Counted from the stretch's first letter, positions 46,802-56,107 are shown. The stretch is DNA of 64,000 nucleotides from an uncultured Bacillota bacterium (GCA_937975235.1 CALJUZ010000131.1:23821-87820), one strand, 5' to 3'. The notes: generated from the letters alone by a model not told the origin. Numbers and translations: made by a program.

Positions 46802-47941
46802 CTACCGTTCCACGAACCGCCCTTCCACGACGCGAGCGGGAATGCGCCGGCCGCGCATCTCCATCTCCAAAAGGGTCCCCGGCTCGGCGCAGGCCGCCTC
46901 CACGTAGCCCATGCCCACGGGCTCGCCCAAAGACGGCGACATGGAGCCGCTGGTGACGCGGCCCACCTCCCGGCCGCCGGCGAACAGCGGGTAGCCCTGC
47001 CGCGGGATGCCCCGCCCCTCCAGCTTGAAGCCCACCAGCCGCCGGGGCACGCCCTGGTCGCGCTGCCGCTCCAGCGCCTCTTTGCCGACGAACCCTTCTT
47101 TGTCGAACTTGACGACGAAATCCAGGCCCGCCTCCAGCGGCGTCGTGGTCTCGTCGATGTCGTTGCCGTACAATGGAAAGCGCATTTCCAGCCGCAGCGT
47201 GTCGCGCGCGCCCAGCCCCACCGGCACCAGGCCATCGGGCCCGCCCGCTTCCAGCAGCGCCCGCCACAGGGGCACCGCCGCCTCGGGGGCGATGTACAGC
47301 TCGAAGCCGTCCTCGCCGGTGTAGCCCGTCCGGGAGATGAGCGCCCGGTGGCCCGCGACCCGGTCCTCCACGAAGCGGAAGGGCCTCACGGCGCTGAGGT
47401 CGGCGCCGGTTAGCCGGGCCAGTACGGCTTCGGAGCGGGGCCCCTGGATCGCGATGAGAGCGGTCTCGTCGGACAAATCCCGGATGACCACGTCCTCGGG
47501 ATTGACGGGCGGGCCGCCCTCGCCCGGCCACGACCGGCGCAGGTAGTCCAGCCACGCCACGTCTTTCTCGATGTTGGCCGCGTTGGCGACGATGAGAAAA
47601 TCGTCGGCGCGTCGGTAGACCACCACGTCGTCCACGATGCCGCCGTCGGGCTTGCAGATGACCGCGTAGCGGGCCTGCCCTTCCTTCATGTTGGCCACTT
47701 TGTTGGTGACGGCCCACTCCATGAAGGCGGCCGCGCCGGGCCCGGACACCGAAAATTCCCCCATGTGCGACAAATCAAACAATCCGGCCGCGCTGCGCAC
47801 CGTCTTGTGCTCGGCGATAATGCCGCTGTACTCCACGGGCATGGCAAATCCCGCGAACTCGATCATGCGGGCGCCGGCGGCCACGTGCTCGTCGTAGAGC
47901 GGAGTGCGCTTCGGCGTCCGCCCTGCCGCGGAATCGGTCAT
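46802..47941 (-). CDS. gcvT: aminomethyltransferase (glycine cleavage T protein)
   Basis: KRTPLYDEHVAAGARMIEFAGFAMPVEYSGIIAEHKTVRSAAGLFDLSHMGEF. GGAGGAGGG RBS. Confidence 0.95.
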   Translation of the reverse strand: MTDSAAGRTPKRTPLYDEHVAAGARMIEFAGFAMPVEYSGIIAEHKTVRSAAGLFDLSHMGEFSVSGPGAAAFMEWAVTNKVANMKEGQARYAVICKPDGGIVDDVVVYRRADDFLIVANAANIEKDVAWLDYLRRSWPGEGGPPVNPEDVVIRDLSDETALIAIQGPRSEAVLARLTGADLSAVRPFRFVEDRVAGHRALISRTGYTGEDGFELYIAPEAAVPLWRALLEAGGPDGLVPVGLGARDTLRLEMRFPLYGNDIDETTTPLEAGLDFVVKFDKEGFVGKEALERQRDQGVPRRLVGFKLEGRGIPRQGYPLFAGGREVGRVTSGSMSPSLGEPVGMGYVEAACAEPGTLLEMEMRGRRIPARVVEGRFVER

Positions 47942-48219
47942 GAGGAAGCCCTCCTCCTTGAATGACGACTCGGCTACATTATTCTACCTTCCAGCCTATG
48001 GATTCCTTCGTCGGGGCGCGCCGGGCGGGCGGAGCGGTCCGGGCGGCGCCGGCCCGGGCGACCCCGGCCGCGGCAGGGTGCACGCACCGGGCCCTCGCCG
48101 GGCGCAGGCCGGAGGCGGGGCGCAAATGCAACAAAAGACGACGAAGAGGAAAGTTCCGCGCCTTTGCGAAATGGTTCCATGAGACTTCAACCCCACCATG
48201 CAGGCAGGAGGCTATGCTG

Positions 48220-49725
48220 ATGTCGACTCAAGCTACCGCCGGCGCCGACGCCCCGGTCCTGGAAAGCTGGATCGGCGGCCGGTCGGTACCGGGCAGCACG
48301 GGCCAGTTCTACCCGGACATCAACCCCGCCACGGGCGAGCTTTTGGGGCGGACGTCCGTCGCGGGGGCCGCGGAAGTGGACCTGGCCGCGCGCACGGCGT
48401 ACGAAGCCTTCAAGAAGTGGCGGCTGACCCCTGCGCCCAGGCGCGGAGAAATCCTCTACCGCATCGCCCAGCTCATCCAGGAGCGCAAGGAAGAGCTGGC
48501 GCGGCTCATGTCCCGGGAAATGGGCAAGGTGCTGTTTGAAGCCCGGGGCGACGTGCAGGAAGCCATCGACGAGTTTTACTACATGGCCGGCGAAGGCCGC
48601 CGCTTGTTCGGCTTCACCACGCCTTCGGAGATGCCGAACAAGTTCGCGTACACGGTGCGGGATCCCGTCGGCGTCGTTGGCCTCATCACGCCGTGGAACT
48701 TCCCCATTGCGGTGCCGTCGTGGAAGCTGGCGCCGGCCCTCATCGCGGGCAACGCGGTAGTCTGGAAGCCCGCGGAGGATACGCCCCTCGTTTCCCTGGA
48801 GTTCGTCAAGCTCATGGAGGAAGCGGGCCTGCCGCCGGGCGTCGTCAACGTGGTTCTGGGCCCCGGCAAGCAGACGGGCGTGCCGGTGGTGGAGCACCCG
48901 CTCATCCGGGTCATCTCGTTCACCGGCTCCACGCAGACGGGCCGCGCCATTTCGGTGGAGGCCGCGCGCCTGGGCAAGCGCGTCACGCTGGAGATGGGCG
49001 GCAAGAACGCCATTACCGTCATGGACGACGCCAACCTGGACCTGGCCACGGAAGCCATTTTGTGGAGCGCCTTCGGCACCACGGGCCAGCGCTGCACCGC
49101 GGCCAGCCGGCTGCTGGTGCACGAGGCCGTCGTGGACGAGCTGCAGGAGCGGCTGGTGGAAGGCGTCCAGAAGCTGCGCCTGGGCAACCCGCTGGATGAA
49201 GACACCAACGTGGGCCCCATCGTCAACGAGAAGCAGCTGACCCGGGTGCACGGCTACGTGGAAGTCGGCCGGCAGGAAGGCGCGCAGCTGCTGACCGGCG
49301 GCGAGACGGTGCAGGAGGGCGAACTGGCCCAAGGGTACTTCTACCGCCCGACCATCTTCACCCGGGTGAGCCCCGACATGCGCATCGCCCGGGAGGAGAT
49401 TTTCGGCCCCGTGGCGGTCATCATCCCCGTGAAGAGCCTGGAGGAGGCCATCGAGATCAACAACGACTCGGAGTACGGCCTGTCCAGCTCCATCTTCACC
49501 CAGGACGTCAACAAGGCCATGCAGGCGGCCCGGGACCTGACCACGGGCATCGTCTACATCAACCACGGCACCACCGGCGCCGAGGTGCACCTGCCCTTCG
49601 GCGGCACCCGGGGCACGGGCAACGGCCACCGCGAGGCGTCGGTGCAGGCGCTGGACAGCTTCACCGAGTGGAAGACGGTGTACATCGACTACTCCGGCAG
49701 GCTGCAGCGGGCGCAGATCGACTGA
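48220..49725 (+). CDS. NAD(P)-dependent aldehyde dehydrogenase family protein
   Basis: ITPWNFPIAV...WKPAEDTPL...LEMGGKNA (Glu)...GQRCTAASR (Cys)...EEIFGPV...PFGG. ATG 48220 lies 9 nt after AGGAGG (an ATG at 48214 is also in frame). Confidence 0.9.
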   Translation: MSTQATAGADAPVLESWIGGRSVPGSTGQFYPDINPATGELLGRTSVAGAAEVDLAARTAYEAFKKWRLTPAPRRGEILYRIAQLIQERKEELARLMSREMGKVLFEARGDVQEAIDEFYYMAGEGRRLFGFTTPSEMPNKFAYTVRDPVGVVGLITPWNFPIAVPSWKLAPALIAGNAVVWKPAEDTPLVSLEFVKLMEEAGLPPGVVNVVLGPGKQTGVPVVEHPLIRVISFTGSTQTGRAISVEAARLGKRVTLEMGGKNAITVMDDANLDLATEAILWSAFGTTGQRCTAASRLLVHEAVVDELQERLVEGVQKLRLGNPLDEDTNVGPIVNEKQLTRVHGYVEVGRQEGAQLLTGGETVQEGELAQGYFYRPTIFTRVSPDMRIAREEIFGPVAVIIPVKSLEEAIEINNDSEYGLSSSIFTQDVNKAMQAARDLTTGIVYINHGTTGAEVHLPFGGTRGTGNGHREASVQALDSFTEWKTVYIDYSGRLQRAQID

Positions 49726-49733
49726 CGCACACA

Positions 49734-49803
49734 ATCGCCCCCCGCCGATATACTGGTTTAGCCGACAAGCCGACGGCTCAAACCGGTTTCAGCGGGGGGC
49801 GAT
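49734..49803 (+). other. 70-nt extended imperfect hairpin (about 25 bp in three helices) just after the aldehyde dehydrogenase stop
   Basis: Helix 1 is ATCGCCCCCCGC/GCGGGGGGCGAT (12 bp). Helix 2 is ACTGGTTT/AAACCGGT (8 bp, one G-U). Helix 3 is AGCCG/CGGCT (5 bp) with a 9-nt loop. No U-tract. Confidence 0.6.
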
Positions 49804-49903
49804 GCCTTTGCTGTGCCGCATCGTTCAGGCGCTGGTGAATCCGCTGCTCAAGCGGCGCGGCCGCACGGTGCTGCTCGTTTGGCGCCGCTCGCGCGCGGCC
49901 TAG
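49802..49903 (+). CDS. speculative 33-aa basic/hydrophobic small ORF ([33 protein letters not shown])
   Basis: The ATG lies inside the 3' arm of the preceding hairpin, 2 nt after a G6 run. The ORF is followed by a plus-strand terminator. It is below the ORF-track cut-off and has no family recognised. Confidence 0.2.
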   Translation: MPLLCRIVQALVNPLLKRRGRTVLLVWRRSRAA

Positions 49904-49920
49904 CGCCCGGCGGGCTGCTT

Positions 49921-49965
49921 CGGCGCCCGGGAACCGTCCGGCCCCCGGGGCGCCGCATCCTTTTT
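49921..49965 (+). terminator. intrinsic terminator (plus orientation), abutting the sucD stop
   Basis: Stem CGGCGCCCGGG / CCCGGGGCGCCG (one bulge) followed by CATCCTTTTT. Confidence 0.6.
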
Positions 49966-49967
49966 GC

Positions 49968-50837
49968 TTATTTCTTCAAAATGCCGGCCACGTGGTCCAC
50001 GATCTCGCTGATGGTGTTGGCCACCGGCACGCCGGCCGCTTCCAGCGCCGCCACTTTCGACTGGGCGGTGCCGCGGCCGCCGGAGATGATGGCGCCCGCG
50101 TGGCCCATGCGCTTGCCCTCCGGCGCGGTGCGGCCGGAGATGAAGCTGACCACCGGCGTTTTCATGGTCTTGATGTACTCGGCCGCCTCCTCTTCGTCGG
50201 AGCCGCCGATTTCGCCGATCATGACCACGACTTCCGTCTGCGGGTCTTCCTCAAACATCTGCAGCACGTCGATGAAGCGGGTGCCGATGATGGGGTCGCC
50301 GCCAATGCCGACCACCGTGGACTGGCCGATGTCCCGGGCCGACAGGCCGGCCACCACTTCGTACGTCAGCGTGCCGCTGCGGGACACCATGCCCACGGGC
50401 CCTTCCTTGAAAATGCGGCCGGGCAAAATGCCCACCAGCGCCTTCTCCGCGCTGATGAGGCCCGGGCAGTTGGGGCCGATGAGGCGCACGCCCTGGCTGC
50501 GGACGTACTGCACCGTCTCGATCATGTCCTGGACCGGAATGCCTTCGGTGATGGCCACGATAAGCTCGATGCCGTTTTCCGCGGCTTCGAGAATGGCCTC
50601 GGCCGCGAAGGCCGGGGGGACGAAAATGATGGAGGCGTTGGGCCGGACGGTCTCCACCGCTTCCCGGACCGTGTTGAAGACGGGCACGCCGTGCACTTCT
50701 TGGCCGCCGCGGCCCGGCGTGACGCCGCCCACCACGTTGGTGCCGTAGGCCAGCATCTGGCCCGCGTGGAAGGCGCCTTCCCGCCCCGTAATCCCCTGCA
50801 CGATGAGTCGCGTGTTTTTGTCAACGAGAATGCTCAT
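49968..50837 (-). CDS. sucD: succinate--CoA ligase subunit alpha
   Basis: [45 protein letters not shown]...[14 protein letters not shown]. Confidence 0.95.
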   Translation of the reverse strand: MSILVDKNTRLIVQGITGREGAFHAGQMLAYGTNVVGGVTPGRGGQEVHGVPVFNTVREAVETVRPNASIIFVPPAFAAEAILEAAENGIELIVAITEGIPVQDMIETVQYVRSQGVRLIGPNCPGLISAEKALVGILPGRIFKEGPVGMVSRSGTLTYEVVAGLSARDIGQSTVVGIGGDPIIGTRFIDVLQMFEEDPQTEVVVMIGEIGGSDEEEAAEYIKTMKTPVVSFISGRTAPEGKRMGHAGAIISGGRGTAQSKVAALEAAGVPVANTISEIVDHVAGILKK

Positions 50838-50858
50838 TTGCTGCCGTTATCCTCCTCG

Positions 50859-51992
50859 TCAGGCGCTGGCGGCTTCCACCGCTTTGCGGGCCGCCTCTTC
50901 AAACGTGTCCGCGGGCGTCAGCGGCGAGCCTTGGAGCAGCGCCAGGCCCTCTTCGGCGTTGGTGCCGGCCAGCCGCACGACGATGGGCACCTTGATCTCC
51001 AGCGTGCTGATGGCGTCCAGAAGCCCCCGGGCCACCTCGTCGCCCCGGGTGATGCCGCCGAACACGTTGATGAGCACCGACTTCACGTCCGGGTCGGACA
51101 GAACCAGCTCCAGCGCGTTGCGCACGACCTCCGCGCGGGCGCCGCCGCCGATGTCGAGGAAGTTGGCCGCCTTGCCGCCGCTGCGCTGGATCATGTCCAG
51201 CGTCGTCATGACCAGGCCGGCGCCGTTGCCGATGACGCCCACGTGGCCGTCCAGCTTGACGTAGGCCAGGCCCCGGCGGGCCGCCTCCTTCTCCAGCGGA
51301 TGCTCTCCCTCTTCACGCTTGTCCGCGGCGATGTCCTGCTGGCGGAACAGCGCGTTGTCGTCAATCTGCATCTTGCCGTCCAAGGCCACGATGCGGCCGT
51401 CCTCGAGCAGGGCGAGGGGGTTGATTTCCACCAGCATGGCGTCCTTGGCCCGCAAAATGCCGTACATGGTGTGCAAAACGGGAGCCAGCTGCTTCAGCAC
51501 GTCCGTCGACACGCCGGCTTGAAAGGCGATGTCGCGGATGTGGTAGTCGCGCAGGCCCAACCCGGCGTCAATCCAGTACTTGATGACTTTTTCCGGCGTC
51601 TTTTCGGCGACTTCCTCGATGTCCACGCCGCCTTCGGTGGAGAAGATGACGACGTTGGCCTGGCGGTCGCGGTCGGTGGTGATGCTGAGGTAGAACTCCT
51701 GCTGGATGGCGGCGGCTTCTTCCACGAGCACCTGCTCGACTTTGAAGCCTTTCAGGTCCATGCCCAGAATTTGCCGCGCCTGTTCGTAGGCGCCGTCCGG
51801 GCCGTCGGCCAGCTGGATGCCGCCGGCCTTGCCCCGGCCGCCGATGGGCACCTGGGCTTTGACCACCACGCGCCCGCCGATTTCAGCGGCGATGTCCCGG
51901 ACTTCCTCGGGCGTGGCGGCCAGCCGGCCGCGCGGCACGGGAATGCCCGCCGCGGCGAAGATGGCTTTGGCTTGACTTTCAATGAGATTCAA
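50859..51992 (-). CDS. sucC: succinate--CoA ligase subunit beta
   Basis: MNLIESQAKAIFAAAGIPVPRG...ATP-grasp...NFLDIGGGA...INVFGGITR. TTG start. Confidence 0.95.
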   Translation of the reverse strand: MNLIESQAKAIFAAAGIPVPRGRLAATPEEVRDIAAEIGGRVVVKAQVPIGGRGKAGGIQLADGPDGAYEQARQILGMDLKGFKVEQVLVEEAAAIQQEFYLSITTDRDRQANVVIFSTEGGVDIEEVAEKTPEKVIKYWIDAGLGLRDYHIRDIAFQAGVSTDVLKQLAPVLHTMYGILRAKDAMLVEINPLALLEDGRIVALDGKMQIDDNALFRQQDIAADKREEGEHPLEKEAARRGLAYVKLDGHVGVIGNGAGLVMTTLDMIQRSGGKAANFLDIGGGARAEVVRNALELVLSDPDVKSVLINVFGGITRGDEVARGLLDAISTLEIKVPIVVRLAGTNAEEGLALLQGSPLTPADTFEEAARKAVEAASA

Positions 51993-52041
51993 TTGTGTGG
52001 GACCCCCTCACCTTCGCGAGTCAGCGTGTTACCCAACGGAA

Positions 52042-52070
52042 ATTATACCCAAGGGCGGAGGAAAAGGAAA
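52042..52070 (-). promoter_or_regulatory. possible sucCD promoter (-10 only convincing)
   Basis: Minus strand has TATAAT (52047-52042). The -35 is weak (TTTCCT). Confidence 0.3.
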
Positions 52071-52090
52071 CCGCGCCGCCCCCGCGGCCT

Positions 52091-52645
52091 TCAGCGCAAC
52101 AGCAAGAAGACGACGACGGCTGCCAGCGCGATCCAAATCCACGTCGCGTACGACGGCGCGCCGGCCCGCCCGCGGCGCACCTGGTCCCGCATGTGCAGCT
52201 TCTCCAGCCGGTTGGCCCGCTTCCAGTGGCTGACGGCCTCGCTGATCTTTCCCTGGCGCCGGTACAAGACGCCCAGGTTGTGGTGGGCAATGTAGTAGTC
52301 CGGATCGTGCCGCAGCGCCTGCAAATAGGCGGCCATCGCGTCGTCCAGCCGCCCGGCCTCCAGGTGCAGGCTGCCCATGTTGGTGTGGGCCGGCGCGTAG
52401 GTCGGGTCGAGGGACAGCGCCTGCTGAAAAGCCGCGCGCGCGTCCTCCCGCATCCCCAGCCGCGCGTAGCAAACGCCCAGCTTGTTGTGGAAGACGGCCG
52501 AGGCGGGCTCCAGCCGCACGCACTCCAGCAGCAGCTCCTTGGCCTCTTCGAAACGGCCCGTGTCCAGCAGACGCTCCCCTTCGGCGAACAGCCGGCTGGC
52601 CCGCTGTTTCGCCTCGGGCTGGTGAGCATCGAGGTCAGAGCTCAT
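52091..52645 (-). CDS. TPR-repeat protein with C-terminal membrane anchor
   Basis: At least four TPR units (e.g. AVFHNKLGVCYARLGMREDARAAFQQALSLDP, APAHTNMGSLHLEAGRLDDAMAAYLQALRHDP). The C-terminus is WIWIALAAVVVFLLLR. ATG 52645 lies 7 nt after GAGGGGGA. Confidence 0.75.
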   Translation of the reverse strand: MSSDLDAHQPEAKQRASRLFAEGERLLDTGRFEEAKELLLECVRLEPASAVFHNKLGVCYARLGMREDARAAFQQALSLDPTYAPAHTNMGSLHLEAGRLDDAMAAYLQALRHDPDYYIAHHNLGVLYRRQGKISEAVSHWKRANRLEKLHMRDQVRRGRAGAPSYATWIWIALAAVVVFLLLR

Positions 52646-52875
52646 GGCGGAATCCCCCTCGTGGTGAACATTCCCTGAAAGCGCCCGCAACGGACGGCGG
52701 CCGGTATTTCCCGGGCAATAATCGCCGGAACGGGAAATGCTTCCGTGCGCCGGCACGAGTTCCTGCCGCCGGCCCGAAAGGGACGCGCCTCCCGTATAGG
52801 CCCGCCGCCGCCTTCATATACTGTTTCTGCCCGCGCGGCCCGGAAAGGACGCCGGCGGAAACGGAGTGACGCTCA

Positions 52876-53508
52876 GTGTGGCAGCGGCTGTCGCAAGCGC
52901 TGGAGAAAACGCGCCGCCCCGCGCCGTCCCTGCACCGCGTGCACGTGGACGACCGCTGGGCCGCCCGGTCGTTGTCCTGGGCCGTGGCCGAGCATTTGGC
53001 CTCGGCCGGCGGCGACGCCCGGATCACCGTGGTCTGCATCGGCACCGATCGTTCCACCGGCGACGCGCTGGGCCCGCTGGTGGGCGCCCGGCTGGCCAAG
53101 CGAGCCGGCAAAGACGTACGGGTGCTGGGAACGCTGGATGAACCCGTCCATGCCGCCAACTTGCACGAAGTGCTGCGGGAGCTGTACGACAACCCGTCGG
53201 CTCCGCCGGGCACCGTCATCGCCGTAGACGCGTGCCTGGGCAAGAGCGAAAGCGTCGGCTGCATCTCCGTCAAGCCGGGTCCGCTCTACCCCGGCACCGG
53301 CGTCAACAAGCACTTGCCGCCCGTGGGCCGGTTTCATGTCGTCGGCATCGTCAACGTGGGCGGCTTCATGGAGTATTTCGTGCTGCAAAACACTCGGCTC
53401 AGCCTGGTCATGCGCATGGCCCGGGTCATCGCGGACGGCCTGACCCTGGGCTTCGCGCACTGGCGGGCCGCCCGGGAAGCGGCGGTCAGCCGCCCTGAGC
53501 CCCGTTGA
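52876..53508 (+). CDS. yyaC: spore protease YyaC
   Basis: ITVVCIGTDRSTGDALGPLVG...HAANL...VIAVDACLG...GCISV..GPL.PGTGVNK.LPPVG...VGIVNVGGFMEYFVLQNTRLSLV matches YyaC. It sits in the conserved position near spo0J. Confidence 0.88.
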   Translation: MWQRLSQALEKTRRPAPSLHRVHVDDRWAARSLSWAVAEHLASAGGDARITVVCIGTDRSTGDALGPLVGARLAKRAGKDVRVLGTLDEPVHAANLHEVLRELYDNPSAPPGTVIAVDACLGKSESVGCISVKPGPLYPGTGVNKHLPPVGRFHVVGIVNVGGFMEYFVLQNTRLSLVMRMARVIADGLTLGFAHWRAAREAAVSRPEPR

Positions 53509-53890
53509 GCACTTCCGCGGGCCGCGGCTGCTCCTCCCGGTCCATCCGGCACGTGCCTTCCAGCACGCCTCCCTGCTCGACGATGAGCGTCTGCATGACC
53601 GCGTCGCCGTACAGTCTTCCCGTGGCCATGAGCTCCAGGCGGCCCGACGCCTGGACCCGGCCGGTCACTTCGCCGGCGATGATGACGTTGGCCGCGGTGA
53701 TGCCGGCCCGCACCCGGCCCGACTCGCCCACCACGACGTCGCCCTCGGCCTGAATTTCCCCGTCCACGTGGCCGTCGATGCGCAGCGAGCCCGCGGCGGC
53801 CACCGTCCCTTCCAGCTTCGTATCCGGTCCGATGTACGTCTCCATCGTCCGGCCCCCCGAGCCGTTGCTTTGCTGCCTGCGACCGAGCAT
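53486..53890 (-). CDS. bactofilin (polymer-forming cytoskeletal protein, DUF583)
   Basis: IGPDTKLEGTVAAAGSLRIDGHVDGEIQAEGDVVVGESGRVRAGITAANVIIAGEVTGRVQASGRLELMATGRLYGDAVMQTLIVEQGGVLEGTC is a beta-helical bactofilin repeat pattern. ATG 53890 lies 5 nt after GGAGG. Confidence 0.85.
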   Translation of the reverse strand: MLGRRQQSNGSGGRTMETYIGPDTKLEGTVAAAGSLRIDGHVDGEIQAEGDVVVGESGRVRAGITAANVIIAGEVTGRVQASGRLELMATGRLYGDAVMQTLIVEQGGVLEGTCRMDREEQPRPAEVLNGAQGG

Positions 53891-53940
53891 GAGTACCTCC
53901 AGTGCTGCTAGCGCCGATGAACTCGGCGTAATGTCCGCCG

Positions 53941-54897
53941 TCAAGGATTGCGCGTCGGCAGGTACGCCCGCGGGTTGACGGCTTCACCGTTCCGGTGCAC
54001 TTCGTAGTGCACGTGCGGGCCCGTGCTGAGGCCGGTGCTGCCCACCGCCGCGATGACGTCGCCCCGTTCCACCACGTCGCCTTCGGCCACGTACAAGCGG
54101 GAATTGTGGGCGTACAGCGTCTGCAGCCCGTAGCCGTGGTCGATGACGACCGTGAGTCCGTAGCCGCCGCGGTTGCCCGCGAAGACCACCCGGCCCGCCG
54201 CGGTGGCGTGCACGGGCGTCCCCGTGGGCGCGGCGATGTCGATGCCTTGGTGCAGCTGCACCTGTCCGGAAATCGGGTGGCGCCGCATGCCGTATTCCGA
54301 CGACACCCGCCCCGACGCCGGCCAGATGGAGGGGGTGTGGGCCATGCGGTGGTTGTAGGCCAGCACGGTCTCCCGCAGTGTTTCCAGTTCCTGGAACCGC
54401 GCCGGCAACTCCCGGGCCAAAGTGTGGACCGTGGCCAGCGCCGCGCTGACCACGTCGCCGTCAAAGGCGTCGTCGGGACCGCCCCGGCCCAAATCCGCCG
54501 TGGAGACGCCGCCGGGCGGGCCTTCGTATCCCAGCAGCCGCCAAATCTCCTCGCCCAGGCTTTCCAGCTCCTGCACCCGCTGGGCCAGGCGCTCCGCCTC
54601 CAGCGCCAGTGCGACCAGCTGCGCCTCTTGCTCCGCGGCGGCCTCCAGCAAGGCCTGGTGCCGCTGGGCCAGGGACTGCAGCTGGGCTTTGTGCAAGGCC
54701 AGCTCCATTCCCCGCGCCCCGCTGAGGGACAAAAGGCCCACAATGAAAAACACGTTGGCGGCCAGCAGCGCCGCCGCGGCCGTCAGCAGCCACTGCGGCA
54801 CGGCCCAGCGCTGCACGGGTCCGCCGCCCCGGGCCGCAACGAGCACGTCATAGCCTTGGCGGCGGGGACGACGAGTACGGCGTTTTGGGAGCGGCAC
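53941..54897 (-). CDS. M23 family metallopeptidase (LytM/EnvC-like: TM anchor, coiled coil, M23 domain)
   Basis: HQGIDIAAPTGTPVHATAAGRVVFAG...GYGLTVVIDHGYGLQTLYAHNS...STGPHVHYEVH. GTG 54897 lies 8 nt after GGAGGAGG (the ORF-track start at 55047 overlaps the upstream gene). Confidence 0.88.
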   Translation of the reverse strand: MPLPKRRTRRPRRQGYDVLVAARGGGPVQRWAVPQWLLTAAAALLAANVFFIVGLLSLSGARGMELALHKAQLQSLAQRHQALLEAAAEQEAQLVALALEAERLAQRVQELESLGEEIWRLLGYEGPPGGVSTADLGRGGPDDAFDGDVVSAALATVHTLARELPARFQELETLRETVLAYNHRMAHTPSIWPASGRVSSEYGMRRHPISGQVQLHQGIDIAAPTGTPVHATAAGRVVFAGNRGGYGLTVVIDHGYGLQTLYAHNSRLYVAEGDVVERGDVIAAVGSTGLSTGPHVHYEVHRNGEAVNPRAYLPTRNP

Positions 54898-54917
54898 GCG
54901 ACGAACCTCCTCCAACG

Positions 54918-56093
54918 TCAGCGGGCGAACAGCCGCCGAATCCTGTGCAGAAAAGACGGCCGGACTTCCGCCTCCGCGTCGGCAAAGGCGGCGCCGTCCT
55001 CCCCGGACAGCTCCCGGTGCAGCGCAGCCGCGATGGCTTGGACGCACCCCGCGGCGCGACTTCTCGGGGCGGCCGTCAGCAAATCTTGCTGGCGCCGGAT
55101 GGCGCGGCCCACGGCCGCGTCCTCCACCACCCAGCCCAGATAATCCAGCTCCGTGTCGAGAAACTTCCGGCTCGCGAAGGACATTTTCCTCGCGATGTCC
55201 CGGGCTTCTCCTTCATCCTGCGCTCGGTTGACCACCAGACGCAGCCGCAGCGGCCCGGGCCGCTGCGACGCGACCTTGATCAGGGCGTACGCGTCGGTAA
55301 TCGCGTGGGGCTCGGGCGTCGTCACCAAAATCGTTTCATCGGCCGCGTGGACGAAGTTGGTCACCGACTTGGCCAGACCGCTGCCGGTGTCCAGCAGCAT
55401 GACGTCCACGAACCGCTCCAGCTGGTGAAACTGGGCCAGAAGCTTGCCGAAGCGGCGATCGTCCAGCGCCGTCAGCTCCTGCAGGCCCGAGCCGCCCGGC
55501 AGCACCACCAAGCCGCGGGGGCCTTGGACCAGCACGTCGAAAATGTTCTTCTCCCCGCTGATGACGTGGGACAAGTTCCAGCGCGGCGTCATGTTCAGCA
55601 GCACGTCCACGTTGGCCGTACCCAGGTCCGCGTCGACGACGCACACCCGCCGCCCCAGGGCCGCCAGCGCCACGCCCAGGTTGACGGCCAAGGCCGTCTT
55701 GCCCACGCCCCCTTTGCCGCTGGTCACCGCGATGGTGCGGCACAGGGCCGGACCGCTGCGGGCCTGCAAGTATTCGGGGGGCTTGGGCTCGGGCCCCAGC
55801 AGCAGGCTCCGCTCCCGGCCGCTGCGGCGGTCCACCACCTGCGCCCGCACGGAAACGATGCCCGCCGGCGTGCGCCCTTCCACCGACACGATGGTGCCCA
55901 CGGGCACCAGCACCAGCTTGCCGTTTTCCATGGGCATGGACACACGCAGGCGGTCGGCGGTGCGATCCAGCACCGCACACTCGTAGTCGCCTTTATGAAG
56001 CGACGAATGGGCTCGCAGAGTCACCGACCGGCCGGGCTCCAGGGCGGTCCAGTCGGTCAGGAGGGTTGCTTGGTCTTTCGGTTCGGTGGACAC
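54918..56093 (-). CDS. ParA/MinD-family P-loop ATPase (FlhG/MinD-like) with a roughly 115-aa N-terminal beta-rich extension (PilZ-like by pattern only)
   Basis: Deviant Walker A IAVTSGKGGVGKTALAVNLG. DADLGTANV. LLDTGSG. The N-terminal pattern is G.SV.L......Y.C.VLD...D.L.V..P...G..V.V..G..V.V. GTG start 5 nt after GGGAGGGG. Confidence 0.8.
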   Translation of the reverse strand: MSTEPKDQATLLTDWTALEPGRSVTLRAHSSLHKGDYECAVLDRTADRLRVSMPMENGKLVLVPVGTIVSVEGRTPAGIVSVRAQVVDRRSGRERSLLLGPEPKPPEYLQARSGPALCRTIAVTSGKGGVGKTALAVNLGVALAALGRRVCVVDADLGTANVDVLLNMTPRWNLSHVISGEKNIFDVLVQGPRGLVVLPGGSGLQELTALDDRRFGKLLAQFHQLERFVDVMLLDTGSGLAKSVTNFVHAADETILVTTPEPHAITDAYALIKVASQRPGPLRLRLVVNRAQDEGEARDIARKMSFASRKFLDTELDYLGWVVEDAAVGRAIRRQQDLLTAAPRSRAAGCVQAIAAALHRELSGEDGAAFADAEAEVRPSFLHRIRRLFAR

Positions 56094-56107
56094 GGCGTCC
56101 CCTCCCG

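Noticed and set aside
47942-48219. Glycine riboswitch expected in the gcvT 5' leader
   Set aside because: Reading the minus strand, I could not find the conserved cores (GGAGAG…CACCGAAGGGGCAA…CUCUCAGGCAAAAGGAC) in either single or tandem form. There is only a weak resemblance (CGACGAAGGAAUCC…AUAGGCUGGAAGGUAG) with the wrong spacing. The spacer is dominated by a roughly 110-nt, roughly 90% GC block (48005-48125) with chance-level stems. Infernal/Rfam RF00504 would be decisive; a significant hit would overturn this rejection.
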